Of a stretch of DNA of 57,807 nt, positions 9,266-17,353 are shown piece after piece (positions within the stretch are counted from its first letter, which is position 1; each line of letters opens with the position of its first letter). Below the pieces are notes generated by a model. The model was not told the DNA's origin and did not search any database. It was given only the letters and a program-made list of their open reading frames with translations. Made by a program: the position numbers and the translations under genes. The stretch lies in the NCBI GenBank assembly GCA_964422835.1, contig CAYRCR010000004.1:1-57807 (forward strand), read 5' to 3'. This stretch comes from an uncultured Gammaproteobacteria bacterium. Its GTDB lineage: Bacteria > Patescibacteriota > Microgenomatia > Daviesbacterales > UBA10151.

Positions 9266-10377
9266 AGATTAACGGGCATAATAATATAAGAAAGATCTTC
9301 CTCCCCGACAGGTTTAAACATGGCCGCTGATAAATTACCGGACAACTCAATACTGACTTGACCGCTCGTAGCAGCAGTCAGGACGTCCTGTAAAAATTTT
9401 GTATTGAAGGCAATTTCCAACTCTTCCCCTTCGGCAGACGCCTCGATTTCCTTTTTTTGGCTGCCCAATTCCTTGGCTTCAGAGGAGAGGATTAATTTAT
9501 CTTTTTTATTTTGTAATTTAACTACATTGGCTTCACTGCGGGCCAGTACCGACGCTAATTTAACCGCTTTTAAAAATTCTTCCCTATCCACTATTACCCT
9601 GGCTTTAAAATTTTCCGGAATAATTTTTTCCCAGGCCGGAAACTGGCCATCAATCAGTCTGGTTGAAACCTGGGTTGTCCCAAAAGAAAAAACCATCTGG
9701 TTGCCATCATCAGACGTGGCGATTTTTACTCCATCAGGTTCACCCCCCAAAATATTCTTTTCTTCCAAAATTAGCCTTATTACCTCCTCCAGTGTCCGGC
9801 GCGGCACCAAAGCGCGGAACAGTGCAGATTCCCCTGTCGGTACTAATTTATGGGCAAGGCGATAGCCATCCGTTGCCACAAGCTGCAGTTTTTTACCTTT
9901 AATTTCCAGTAAAATTCCTGTTAAAATCGGCCTGGAATCATCGGCGGCCGCGGCAAAAGTTACCTTTGGTAAAGACTTTACCAAAACCTCTGTTTCAATT
10001 ATCACAGCTTCTTTACCGGAGAGTGGAATTGAGGGAAATTCAGAGGCTGAAATACCATTTAAAGTAGAAGAAAAAGTTGGAGTGGAAATTTCTATATTCT
10101 GACCGTCGGATGAAAATTCCAGTTTTTCCCCGGTTAAATTTCCTACCATCTCCACCAAAGTTTTGGCCGGTACCGTCACCTCCCCCTCTTCAATAATTTC
10201 TGCTGATATTTTCTTGACTACCCCTATTTCTAAATTAGTGGCGGAGAGCTTCAATTTTCCCTTTTCGGCGCTGATTAAAATATTGCCCAAAACCGGCAAA
10301 GTAGATCTGACACCTATTGAGCGTGCTACCGAGGAAAGGCTGGGGAAAAAATCCTGCTGAAGAATACTAAATTTCAT
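9262..10377 (-). CDS. dnaN: DNA polymerase III beta sliding clamp
   Basis: The 371-aa product starts 'MKFSILQQDFFPSLSSVARSIGVRSTLPVLGNILISAEKGKLKLSATNLEIG', typical of DnaN. It lies downstream of dnaA. Confidence 0.93.
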   Translation of the reverse strand: MKFSILQQDFFPSLSSVARSIGVRSTLPVLGNILISAEKGKLKLSATNLEIGVVKKISAEIIEEGEVTVPAKTLVEMVGNLTGEKLEFSSDGQNIEISTPTFSSTLNGISASEFPSIPLSGKEAVIIETEVLVKSLPKVTFAAAADDSRPILTGILLEIKGKKLQLVATDGYRLAHKLVPTGESALFRALVPRRTLEEVIRLILEEKNILGGEPDGVKIATSDDGNQMVFSFGTTQVSTRLIDGQFPAWEKIIPENFKARVIVDREEFLKAVKLASVLARSEANVVKLQNKKDKLILSSEAKELGSQKKEIEASAEGEELEIAFNTKFLQDVLTAATSGQVSIELSGNLSAAMFKPVGEEDLSYIIMPVNL

Positions 10378-10829
10378 TCCTGATCCTTTCTAGTAGTGAC
10401 AAAACGGTGAACTTCTTCTTCGGTGACTTTAATCAACCTAAAATGGATCCGGCCATTTTGTACTAAATTTTTAATATGTTTCTCTTCGTCTGTCAAGGTA
10501 GGAAAATTACCGGATTTCACTTCTATAAAATCAATCCGCTCGTTGTTTTTAATCCCAATAAAATCAATCGGCCAGCCTAAAGGAATAATCCGGTCATAAT
10601 CCAAGCGGAGCTCGGCATAGGTTAAAAGTTCGGCCATTTTACCTTTTTGAGGATTAATTGAACCCTGAATGGTTTGTAAAACTCTAACAGGCAGATCCTG
10701 AACATTTTTATATAAACCAATTAAATCTGTTGGAATTTCCTGGTTTCCTTTTCTATGTAACCTGCCAAATAAATAGGCAACTAAAACAATTAAACATATA
10801 ACAACTAAATAGACCCAATTAGTATCCAT
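10374..10829 (-). CDS. Membrane-anchored endonuclease related to archaeal Holliday-junction resolvase (COG4741/Endonuc_Holl-like)
   Basis: An N-terminal TM helix is followed by 'PIDFIGIKNNERIDFIEVKSGNFPTLTDEEKHIKNLVQNGRIHF', a D...E-x-K nuclease core. Its stop overlaps the dnaN start by 4 nt. Confidence 0.5.
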   Translation of the reverse strand: MDTNWVYLVVICLIVLVAYLFGRLHRKGNQEIPTDLIGLYKNVQDLPVRVLQTIQGSINPQKGKMAELLTYAELRLDYDRIIPLGWPIDFIGIKNNERIDFIEVKSGNFPTLTDEEKHIKNLVQNGRIHFRLIKVTEEEVHRFVTTRKDQE

Positions 10830-11020
10830 TATTTATTTATCCACAACTTACGTGAAATTACTTTTATATCTATAATCAGTAGTAGTACTAATAGATATGG
10901 TGTATATGTGGGCATATTAAAAAAACAGGCTTAATTTTTGCATTAATTTCGTGTGTAAAAAGTATACCATAAATGTGGATATCTTGGTGGATAAGTTGTG
11001 TATTGGTGTGGATAAAATCA
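10830..11020. promoter_or_regulatory. DnaA-box cluster, a candidate oriC segment, in the AT-rich spacer downstream of dnaA
   Basis: The boxes are TTATCCACA at 10838..10846, TGTGGATAT at 10974..10982, GGTGGATAA at 10987..10995 and TGTGGATAA at 11008..11016. The surrounding sequence is strongly AT-rich. Confidence 0.6.
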
Positions 11021-12364
11021 TTATTGTAAAGATTGTCTGACTTCCAGTAGTATTCTTTGGAGTTCCCTGTCTTTATCCCTGTTTTTGGAAATTTTTTCCA
11101 CTCCATGCATAATGGTGGTATGGTCCCGTCCCCCTAAAAGTTCACCGATCCGCTCGTAAGGCAATTTACACTCTTGGTAAAGGAGGTACATAATAAGATG
11201 CCGGGGTAAGACTAATTCCTTCTTGCGCCTTGGCCCTATTATATCAGCCATTTTAATATTGAAATACTGGTTAATTCCTGAAATAACTTTTTTATAATCT
11301 AATTTTTGCCCCGCCGCGGTTGGATGTCCAAGCAGTTTTTTTACTTCATCAAAACAAACAGGTTTGCCTGAAAGTTTTAAAGTCTGGATAATTTGGATAA
11401 GTTTTCCCTCAAGCTCCCGGGCATTGGTGGGCATAGCCTCGGCGATAGCAGTTAAACATTCTTCGGCAATAGATTCCTTTCGTTCGGCACATTTGGCACG
11501 GAGGATCGCAACCCGGGTATCAAAATCCGGATTTTGAATATCAACCATTAGTCCTCCCTGGAAACGCGAAGCCAGGCGGCTTTCCAATTTTTGCATTTCC
11601 CCGGGTGGCCGATCCGATGTTAAGACTATTTGGGCGTTTTTTGCCTGGAGCTCATTAAATGTATGGAAGAACTCTTCCTGGGTGGAATCACGCCCGGCAA
11701 TAAACTGTACATCATCAATTAAAAGCAAATCACAGGACCGGTATTTATTTCTAAAAGGATTAGTTTTTTTAGTTTGGATGCTCTCAATAAGATCATTAGT
11801 AAAACGCTCGGAAGAGCAATAGATGATTTTTATGCCGGGATTCTTTTTGGCTAAACTATTGCCGACCGCCTGCATTAAATGGGTCTTGCCTACTCCGGTT
11901 CCGCCGTAAATAAATAGAGGGTTATAAGAAACACCCGGATTTTGGATGACTGCTTGAGCTGCGGCATAGGCTAAATTATTGGAAAGCCCCACGACAAAAG
12001 ATTCCATAGTATATTTTGGATTTAAATTTAATACGGCAGTTTGGGACTTGTTTGGAGTAAGCGCGAAATCTATATCCATTAAATCTTCTTTTTGGATAAG
12101 GCCCGGGTTGACTTTAAACTGCACCTTTATTTCAGGGCCAAAAACTTCCCCCACGGCTGAACCTAAAACATTTGACAGTTTGGTTGAAAGCTGCTCTTTA
12201 ATATAGGCAGATTGTACTTCCACTGTTAAAACCCCATCCCCTGCCTCGGCTTTTGTCTGGGCGAACCAGGCCTTAAAATTAGAGGTAGAAACCTGGTTTT
12301 TTATTATTTCCAGAACTCTTCTCCAGTTATCCACAGTATGTAATTTAGTGGATAAGTTATCCAC
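11021..12364 (-). CDS. dnaA: Chromosomal replication initiator protein DnaA
   Basis: AAA+ Walker A 'GGTGVGKTHL', 'LLIDDVQF' and the C-terminal DNA-binding helix region are present. The start is ambiguous. The ORF opens with GTG at 12364, and an in-frame GTG at 12334 would give 'MDNWRRVLEIIKN'. Confidence 0.93.
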   Translation of the reverse strand: MDNLSTKLHTVDNWRRVLEIIKNQVSTSNFKAWFAQTKAEAGDGVLTVEVQSAYIKEQLSTKLSNVLGSAVGEVFGPEIKVQFKVNPGLIQKEDLMDIDFALTPNKSQTAVLNLNPKYTMESFVVGLSNNLAYAAAQAVIQNPGVSYNPLFIYGGTGVGKTHLMQAVGNSLAKKNPGIKIIYCSSERFTNDLIESIQTKKTNPFRNKYRSCDLLLIDDVQFIAGRDSTQEEFFHTFNELQAKNAQIVLTSDRPPGEMQKLESRLASRFQGGLMVDIQNPDFDTRVAILRAKCAERKESIAEECLTAIAEAMPTNARELEGKLIQIIQTLKLSGKPVCFDEVKKLLGHPTAAGQKLDYKKVISGINQYFNIKMADIIGPRRKKELVLPRHLIMYLLYQECKLPYERIGELLGGRDHTTIMHGVEKISKNRDKDRELQRILLEVRQSLQ

Positions 12365-12366
12365 AT
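12328..12366. promoter_or_regulatory. Three DnaA boxes overlapping the dnaA 5' end (candidate autoregulation or oriC part)
   Basis: The boxes are TTATCCACA at 12328..12336, AGTGGATAA at 12348..12356 and TTATCCACA at 12358..12366. A further TTATCCAC lies at 13263..13270, upstream of rpmH. Confidence 0.55.
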
Positions 12367-12447
12367 GGCAATAGAGCTAAAATATCACGAAGTGGATCAA
12401 GTTTTTTCCAGGTTGATAGTTTTTAGTTCATCAAGTATAATTTCTTC

Positions 12448-12840
12448 ATGCCGAAAAGAGTTTATCAATTCGACTCGATTTTTCAACTTTTTCCCAAAGT
12501 AAAATTAGTTTATTTGTTTGGATCCAGGGCTGTTGGTCAAGAAGGTCCCCTAAGTGATTATGATTTTGCAGCCTACATAGACGAACAGGATGTTAAAAAA
12601 AGATTTAATGTAAGGTTAGATTTATTAGACAAGCTTTCCCGGGAGTTAAGAACTGATAATATAGACCTGTCCGTTCTAAATGATATTCAAAGCCCGGAGT
12701 TAAAATATTCGATCATATCTAGTGGCCGGTTGATTTATAAGAAGGAGCCTTACAAGGTGTTGATTGAACCACGGATCTTAAGTGAATATTTTGATTTTAC
12801 TGATAGTCTCCAAAGATATGGTTTAACTAAAAATATATGA
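12448..12840 (+). CDS. mntA: MntA-type minimal nucleotidyltransferase antitoxin
   Basis: The GSX10DXD motif 'GSRAVGQEGPLSDYD' is present. The gene overlaps the downstream DUF86 gene by 4 nt. Its first 7 codons duplicate the rpmH start. Confidence 0.8.
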   Translation: MPKRVYQFDSIFQLFPKVKLVYLFGSRAVGQEGPLSDYDFAAYIDEQDVKKRFNVRLDLLDKLSRELRTDNIDLSVLNDIQSPELKYSIISSGRLIYKKEPYKVLIEPRILSEYFDFTDSLQRYGLTKNI

Positions 12841-13259
12841 CGGACAATTTTATTATTGAATCCAAGATAAGCTCGATTCAAAAATATCTGCAAATTTTAA
12901 AAGGATTCCAAAACTATTCTCAGAAACAAATAGAAGGAGACGTCCATTTAAGGGGGTCAGCTGAACGTTATCTTTATTTACTGACTCAGTCCGTGCTTGA
13001 TTTGGCAGAGGCTATAATTTCTTTTAAAGATTTACGCCGCCCGCAAACATATAGCGAGTCTTTTGATATTTTACATGAGGAGAAACTTATTTCCCCGGAC
13101 TTAACAGAAAAGCTGGTGAAAATGGCCAAATTTAGAAACATCATTTCCCGTGATTATGAGGATTTGGATTTTACAATTATTTATGACGTTTTACAAAAGC
13201 ATTTGCAGGATATTGAAGAATTTTTATCTGTGGTAGAAGATAAATTAAACATTCATTAG
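12837..13259 (+). CDS. hepT: HepT/DUF86 HEPN-domain toxin homologue with a variant active-site motif
   Basis: DUF86-like helical protein paired with MntA. The motif region reads 'FRNIISRDYEDLD', with Arg where the Rx4HxY consensus has His. Confidence 0.75.
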   Translation: MTDNFIIESKISSIQKYLQILKGFQNYSQKQIEGDVHLRGSAERYLYLLTQSVLDLAEAIISFKDLRRPQTYSESFDILHEEKLISPDLTEKLVKMAKFRNIISRDYEDLDFTIIYDVLQKHLQDIEEFLSVVEDKLNIH

Positions 13260-13305
13260 TTTTTATCCACTGGTGAACTTATTTTAATTATGTTAGAATT
13301 TCTCC

Positions 13306-13443
13306 ATGCCGAAAAGAGTTTACCAGCCCAAAAAATTAAAAAGGCTAAGAAAGCATGGTTTCCGCGAAAGGATGCAAACTTCTGATGGGAAAAAAGTTCT
13401 AGCCAGAAGAAGGGCTAAAGGCCGGAGGAAGTTAAGTGTATAG
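13306..13443 (+). CDS. rpmH: 50S ribosomal protein L34 (absent from the supplied ORF track)
   Basis: My own translation gives '[45 protein letters not shown]' (45 aa) with TAG at 13441..13443. Its position upstream of rnpA is canonical. Confidence 0.9.
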   Translation: MPKRVYQPKKLKRLRKHGFRERMQTSDGKKVLARRRAKGRRKLSV

Positions 13444-13523
13444 CGTTCAGGGTATAGCGTATAGTTAAAACAATAATTGTTTACAACTAAGCGCTAGACA
13501 CTAATAACTATACCCTATTTTGT

Positions 13524-13895
13524 ATGCTTCCTAAAAGTAAAAGATTAAATCTCAAGAAGGATTTTAAATGGGTGGCATCTGGACAAAAAATAGAAGATTC
13601 CCTAATGAAGATTTTTTACAGATCTTGTGATCCCTCGACTCAGTTTACCCTGAGCTTGTCGAAGGGCTCAGGACCTTCAGTTGGGATTGCATTATCAACC
13701 TCGGTTTTTCGAAAAGCAGTTGATCGAAACAGGGCAAGACGCTTAACTTCCAAAGCGTTTGAGGGACTTTATGATAAAATACCCCGGAACCTGAATATTG
13801 TGGCTATGCCCAAGGCCGGAATTCTGGATAAAAAGTCTGGGGAAGTAATAAAGGACTTGGAAGAATTACTAATGAAAAACGATCTTTTGAAGTGA
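13524..13895 (+). CDS. rnpA: RNase P protein component
   Basis: 'AVDRNRARRLTSKAF' matches the RNR motif region, and the rpmH-rnpA-yidD-yidC synteny is standard. The gene contains a hairpin-module insertion at 13647..13672. Confidence 0.85.
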   Translation: MLPKSKRLNLKKDFKWVASGQKIEDSLMKIFYRSCDPSTQFTLSLSKGSGPSVGIALSTSVFRKAVDRNRARRLTSKAFEGLYDKIPRNLNIVAMPKAGILDKKSGEVIKDLEELLMKNDLLK

Positions 13896-13987
13896 GAAAT
13901 GAGAAGTGAGAATTTGAAATCTTGAATTCAAGAATTCTTGACATCAAAAATTCAATATCAAAAATATCCCACATCTCACGTCAAAAC
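13884..13987. repeat. MITE-like palindromic repeat, copy A (full length, overlaps the rnpA stop codon)
   Basis: The terminal inverted repeats are 'CTTTTGAAGTGAGAAATGAGAAGTGAGA' and 'TCCCACATCTCACGTCAAAAC'. The palindromic core is 'CTTGAATTCAAGAATTCTTGACATCAA'. Related copies lie at 24854, 44626 and 46723. Confidence 0.75.
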
Positions 13988-13995
13988 ATCTAATT

Positions 13996-14196
13996 ATGAA
14001 AATACTTGTCATTATTTTAATAGACTTTTATAGAAACTTTTTATCCTTTGACCGGGGGTTATTGTCATTCCTCTCTCCGGGTGGGGCTTGCAGGCAGTCT
14101 CCTACCTGCTCTATGTATACAAGACAAATGGTTCTAAAGTATGGTACAGTTAGAGGGTTGTATTTGGGAGTTAAAAGAATATTATCATGCAGGTAA
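13996..14196 (+). CDS. yidD: Membrane protein insertion efficiency factor YidD
   Basis: 'CRQSPTCSMYTRQMVLKYGTVRGLYLGVKRILSC' is the YidD signature. The gene lies immediately upstream of yidC. Confidence 0.85.
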   Translation: MKILVIILIDFYRNFLSFDRGLLSFLSPGGACRQSPTCSMYTRQMVLKYGTVRGLYLGVKRILSCR

Positions 14197-15041
14197 TCGG
14201 AGATATTTTTAATCTTTTTTTCTACGGCCCTATTTTAAATGTATTAGTGGGGATTTATCATGCTTTGAATTTTGTCCATCTTCCCGGGGCATTGGGCTTT
14301 GCAATTATTCTAATGACTGTTTTAATCAGACTGGCAGTTTGGCCGCTAATGGCCTCTCAAATGAAATCTGTTAAAAAAATGGCCGAACTTAAACCCCACA
14401 TTGATGCCCTGAAGGAAAAACATAAAGGTGATAAACAAGCTTTTGCCAGCGCCCAGATGGCCCTTTATAAGGAACATGGGGTTAATCCGGCCGGCGGGTG
14501 TCTCCCCTCTTTATTACAGTTCCCGATTATTATTGCCCTGTATCAGACAATATTTGCTTTTTTCTCCGATGGGTCGGGTTTGGAGAAAATTAACCAGGCT
14601 TTATACCTGCCTGCCTGGCATTTGCCATCTGCCCCGGACTTAACCTTTTTTGGCCTGAATTTGGCTACCAAGCCTTCGGATTTTTTGGTTTCCGCTTTTA
14701 TTCTGGTCCCGCTTGTTACGGCCGGATTGCAATTTGCCCAGTCAAAAATGATGGCTCAAAAACCTGTGGCGGTTTACAAAACAGATAAACCAAAGGAAAT
14801 AAAAGAAAAGGGGAAAAGCGAGGATGCTATGGCAGCCATGCAGGGCCAGATGATGTATATGATGCCTTTAATGGTGGGATGGTTTGCTTTCCAGTTCCCC
14901 ATAGGCATTGCCCTTTACTGGAACACTTTTACTATTTTGGGAATTGTCCAGCAACATAAGATTTCGGGCTGGGGTGGATTGGAAGGATGGATTAAAAAAG
15001 TGCAAAGTTTAACCCCTCGGCTTCGCTCGGGACAAGAGTGA
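14187..15041 (+). CDS. yidC: Membrane protein insertase YidC (short form)
   Basis: 'LIRLAVWPL', 'HGVNPAGGCLP.LLQFPI' and 'ALYW..' match the YidC/Oxa1 core. Synteny with yidD and jag supports the call. Confidence 0.9.
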   Translation: MQVIGDIFNLFFYGPILNVLVGIYHALNFVHLPGALGFAIILMTVLIRLAVWPLMASQMKSVKKMAELKPHIDALKEKHKGDKQAFASAQMALYKEHGVNPAGGCLPSLLQFPIIIALYQTIFAFFSDGSGLEKINQALYLPAWHLPSAPDLTFFGLNLATKPSDFLVSAFILVPLVTAGLQFAQSKMMAQKPVAVYKTDKPKEIKEKGKSEDAMAAMQGQMMYMMPLMVGWFAFQFPIGIALYWNTFTILGIVQQHKISGWGGLEGWIKKVQSLTPRLRSGQE

Positions 15042-15099
15042 AAAGTGTAAAGTTTTTCTTCATTGACTGATCCCAAGATTTAATCTATACTTACTCCTC

Positions 15100-15612
15100 A
15101 TGGAGGATAAAGTTTCAGAAGTTCTGGAAAATATACTTGGCATGATGGCCCTGGAAGGGTCTTTTGAAGTTGAGGAAAACAAAGAAGATGTCAGGGCAAC
15201 TATTGAAACAGCCGATCCGGGGAGATTAATTGGTTTCCGTGGTGAAACCCTGGATGCCCTGCAGCTTCTGGTCAACCAGATTGTTTCCCGCCAAAACCCG
15301 GACAGTGATTTCAAGAGAGTTGTGATAGACGTGGAAGGTTGGAGAAAGAATAAAGAGGAAGATTTAGCTAAACGCGCCAAGGGTTGGGCCCAGGAGGTTA
15401 AGGAATCGGGCAAAGAGATGGAGCTTGAGCCCATGCCTTCATGGCAGCGGAGAATTGTTCACTTGGCAATTGAAGAAGTAGAAGGAGTAACCTCAGAAAG
15501 TATTGGTGAAGGCTGGGATAGACATCTGGTGATTAAAACTGCCGTGGAAAAATCTGCTCCCAAGAAACCTGCTAAAAAATCTTTCAAAAAAACCCCAAAG
15601 GCTGTAGAATAA
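15100..15612 (+). CDS. jag: Jag/KhpB-like RNA-binding protein (KH plus R3H domains)
   Basis: 'LIGFRGETLDALQLLV' is KH-like and 'MPSWQRRIVHLAI' is R3H-like. The gene lies downstream of yidC. Confidence 0.8.
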   Translation: MEDKVSEVLENILGMMALEGSFEVEENKEDVRATIETADPGRLIGFRGETLDALQLLVNQIVSRQNPDSDFKRVVIDVEGWRKNKEEDLAKRAKGWAQEVKESGKEMELEPMPSWQRRIVHLAIEEVEGVTSESIGEGWDRHLVIKTAVEKSAPKKPAKKSFKKTPKAVE

Positions 15613-15616
15613 TTTA

Positions 15617-16855
15617 GTGGGAAGAATCAGGAAAATTTCCGAACAAACTTTATGGCAAATATTGGGTCGGGTTGTATCCACTGTTGTTTCTATTGTCACC
15701 TTGGGTTTTATCACACGTTCCCTGGGGGTATCTAATACCGGAGTATATACTTTAGCTCTTGCTTATCTGGCCTTTTTTAACTTACTGGCGGATTTAGGTA
15801 TTAACGCTCATATAGTACCCTTTCTTTTACTGCCTAAGTCTTCCTTGGAGTGGCGTAAGTTTTTAGGACTCCGGATTTTTCTTTCGATACTGCTTTTGGC
15901 TTTCTCTGTGATTTTAATCTTATTTTGGCCAGGACTTGACCCGTTATTTAAGGTTGTGGTTTTGGCGGGAAACGGGTTGATTATGACCTATGCCATCCAT
16001 TTGACAACAGTGGCTTTTTTTCAAAGTAGGTTGCGCTATGACTTATCTGCCCTTACCCTTATCAGTTCTTCCCTTTTTACATTGATGATAATTTACCTTG
16101 TACTTGAATTAAATCTGGGAGTTTTAGGGGTGATGTTTGCTCAACTATCCGGTTCGGTAGTGATGGCATCATTAGCCTTAATTTTGGTGGGCAGATTTAT
16201 CAAACTCTCCCCCATTTTTAATTTTTCTTATATGGCAGGGATTTTTAAAAACAGCTGGCCGCTTGCTTTAACAATGATAGTCAATATGGTTTATTTCCGG
16301 CTCGATGCGTTTATTTTGAAGTTTTACAAAAGTTTTGCCGAGGTGGGAGTTTATAATGTGGCTTATCAGATTTTTCAGGCGGCTCTTTTTATTCCCGGCT
16401 ATATCATGAATAGCGCCTATCCCTTACTCATTTCAGATTTTAATGAAAATAAAAATAAATTCCTGGCCAATCTGAAAAAATCAATGTTTATAATGACCGG
16501 GTTGTCTTTTGTATCAACTACTTTTGCCTATTTGCTGGCGCCGTTTATCATCAGTGTAATTACGGGAAACCATAATTTTACCGGTTCTGTTTCAGCCCTC
16601 CGTATTTTATCCCTTTCGTTTCCGGCTTTTTTCCTGACCTCTATTTTGATGTGGGTACAGATAATCTTTAAAAAATACAAAACTCTTCTGCTAATCTATC
16701 TTCTGGGATTTTCAGTTAATGCTCTGGCTAATTTTATCTTTATCCCGCGATATTCTTATCTGGCAGCCTCATGGATAACTGTGATGAGCGAATACTTGAT
16801 TTTAGTGGTGCAGGCAGCCATACTGATACCTGCCCTGCGGAAGAAAGACTTATGA
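15617..16855 (+). CDS. MOP-superfamily polysaccharide/oligosaccharide flippase (Wzx-like)
   Basis: A 412-aa protein with about 12 hydrophobic helices and an N-terminal pattern typical of polysaccharide biosynthesis flippases. It has a GTG start. Confidence 0.6.
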   Translation: MGRIRKISEQTLWQILGRVVSTVVSIVTLGFITRSLGVSNTGVYTLALAYLAFFNLLADLGINAHIVPFLLLPKSSLEWRKFLGLRIFLSILLLAFSVILILFWPGLDPLFKVVVLAGNGLIMTYAIHLTTVAFFQSRLRYDLSALTLISSSLFTLMIIYLVLELNLGVLGVMFAQLSGSVVMASLALILVGRFIKLSPIFNFSYMAGIFKNSWPLALTMIVNMVYFRLDAFILKFYKSFAEVGVYNVAYQIFQAALFIPGYIMNSAYPLLISDFNENKNKFLANLKKSMFIMTGLSFVSTTFAYLLAPFIISVITGNHNFTGSVSALRILSLSFPAFFLTSILMWVQIIFKKYKTLLLIYLLGFSVNALANFIFIPRYSYLAASWITVMSEYLILVVQAAILIPALRKKDL

Positions 16856-17259
16856 GAAAAATTGTACTTTTTACTGATGGAGGTTCAAGAAATAATCCGG
16901 GCAAAGCTGCTGCAGCTTATGTTATCTATGAGGATGGGCAGAAAGTATATGAGGATGGCAATTATTTAGGAATTGCCACTAATAATGAGGCGGAATATGA
17001 AGCAGTTAAATTGGGTTTGGGCAAACTTATGGAAATGGGAAGGGCAGGAGTAGGAGTGGAAGTAAGGTGTGATTCGCGTTTGGCGGTGGAACAACTTAGG
17101 GGAAATTTTAAGGTCAAAAACCCCCGGATGAAGGCTTTGGTTGAAGGTGTCAAAACACTTGAACAAAATTTCAGTAGGGTTTCTTATGTTTTAATTCCCC
17201 GGGAAGAAAATTTTCAGGCAGACTTCCTGGTTAACCAAACTCTGGACAGGTACCAATAA
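16852..17259 (+). CDS. rnhA: RNase HI-family ribonuclease
   Basis: 'IVLFTDGGSRNNPG', 'NNEAEYEAVKLGL' and 'CDSRLAV' supply the DEDD catalytic residues. I prefer the ATG at 16852, which overlaps the upstream stop as ATGA. Confidence 0.8.
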   Translation: MRKIVLFTDGGSRNNPGKAAAAYVIYEDGQKVYEDGNYLGIATNNEAEYEAVKLGLGKLMEMGRAGVGVEVRCDSRLAVEQLRGNFKVKNPRMKALVEGVKTLEQNFSRVSYVLIPREENFQADFLVNQTLDRYQ

Positions 17260-17353
17260 CCTGAACCATTAATATACCTTTCCTCTCTCTTGATTTTATA
17301 TAAAATAAGGCACATCATGTGTAAAAATGTATTAAAATATCATAAAGAATAAT

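Noticed and set aside
10888-11106. A 72-aa minus-strand ORF spanning the DnaA-box spacer and the dnaA 3' end
   Set aside because: It overlaps the end of dnaA and the AT-rich box cluster. Its composition (His/Ile/Tyr/Asn-rich) is typical of AT-rich noncoding DNA.
15035-15060. 'GAGTGAAAAGTGTAAAG' after yidC, considered as a fifth copy of the MITE-like element
   Set aside because: It shares only a short GTGA-rich flavour with the left arm. It has no core palindrome or right arm, which is insufficient to call.
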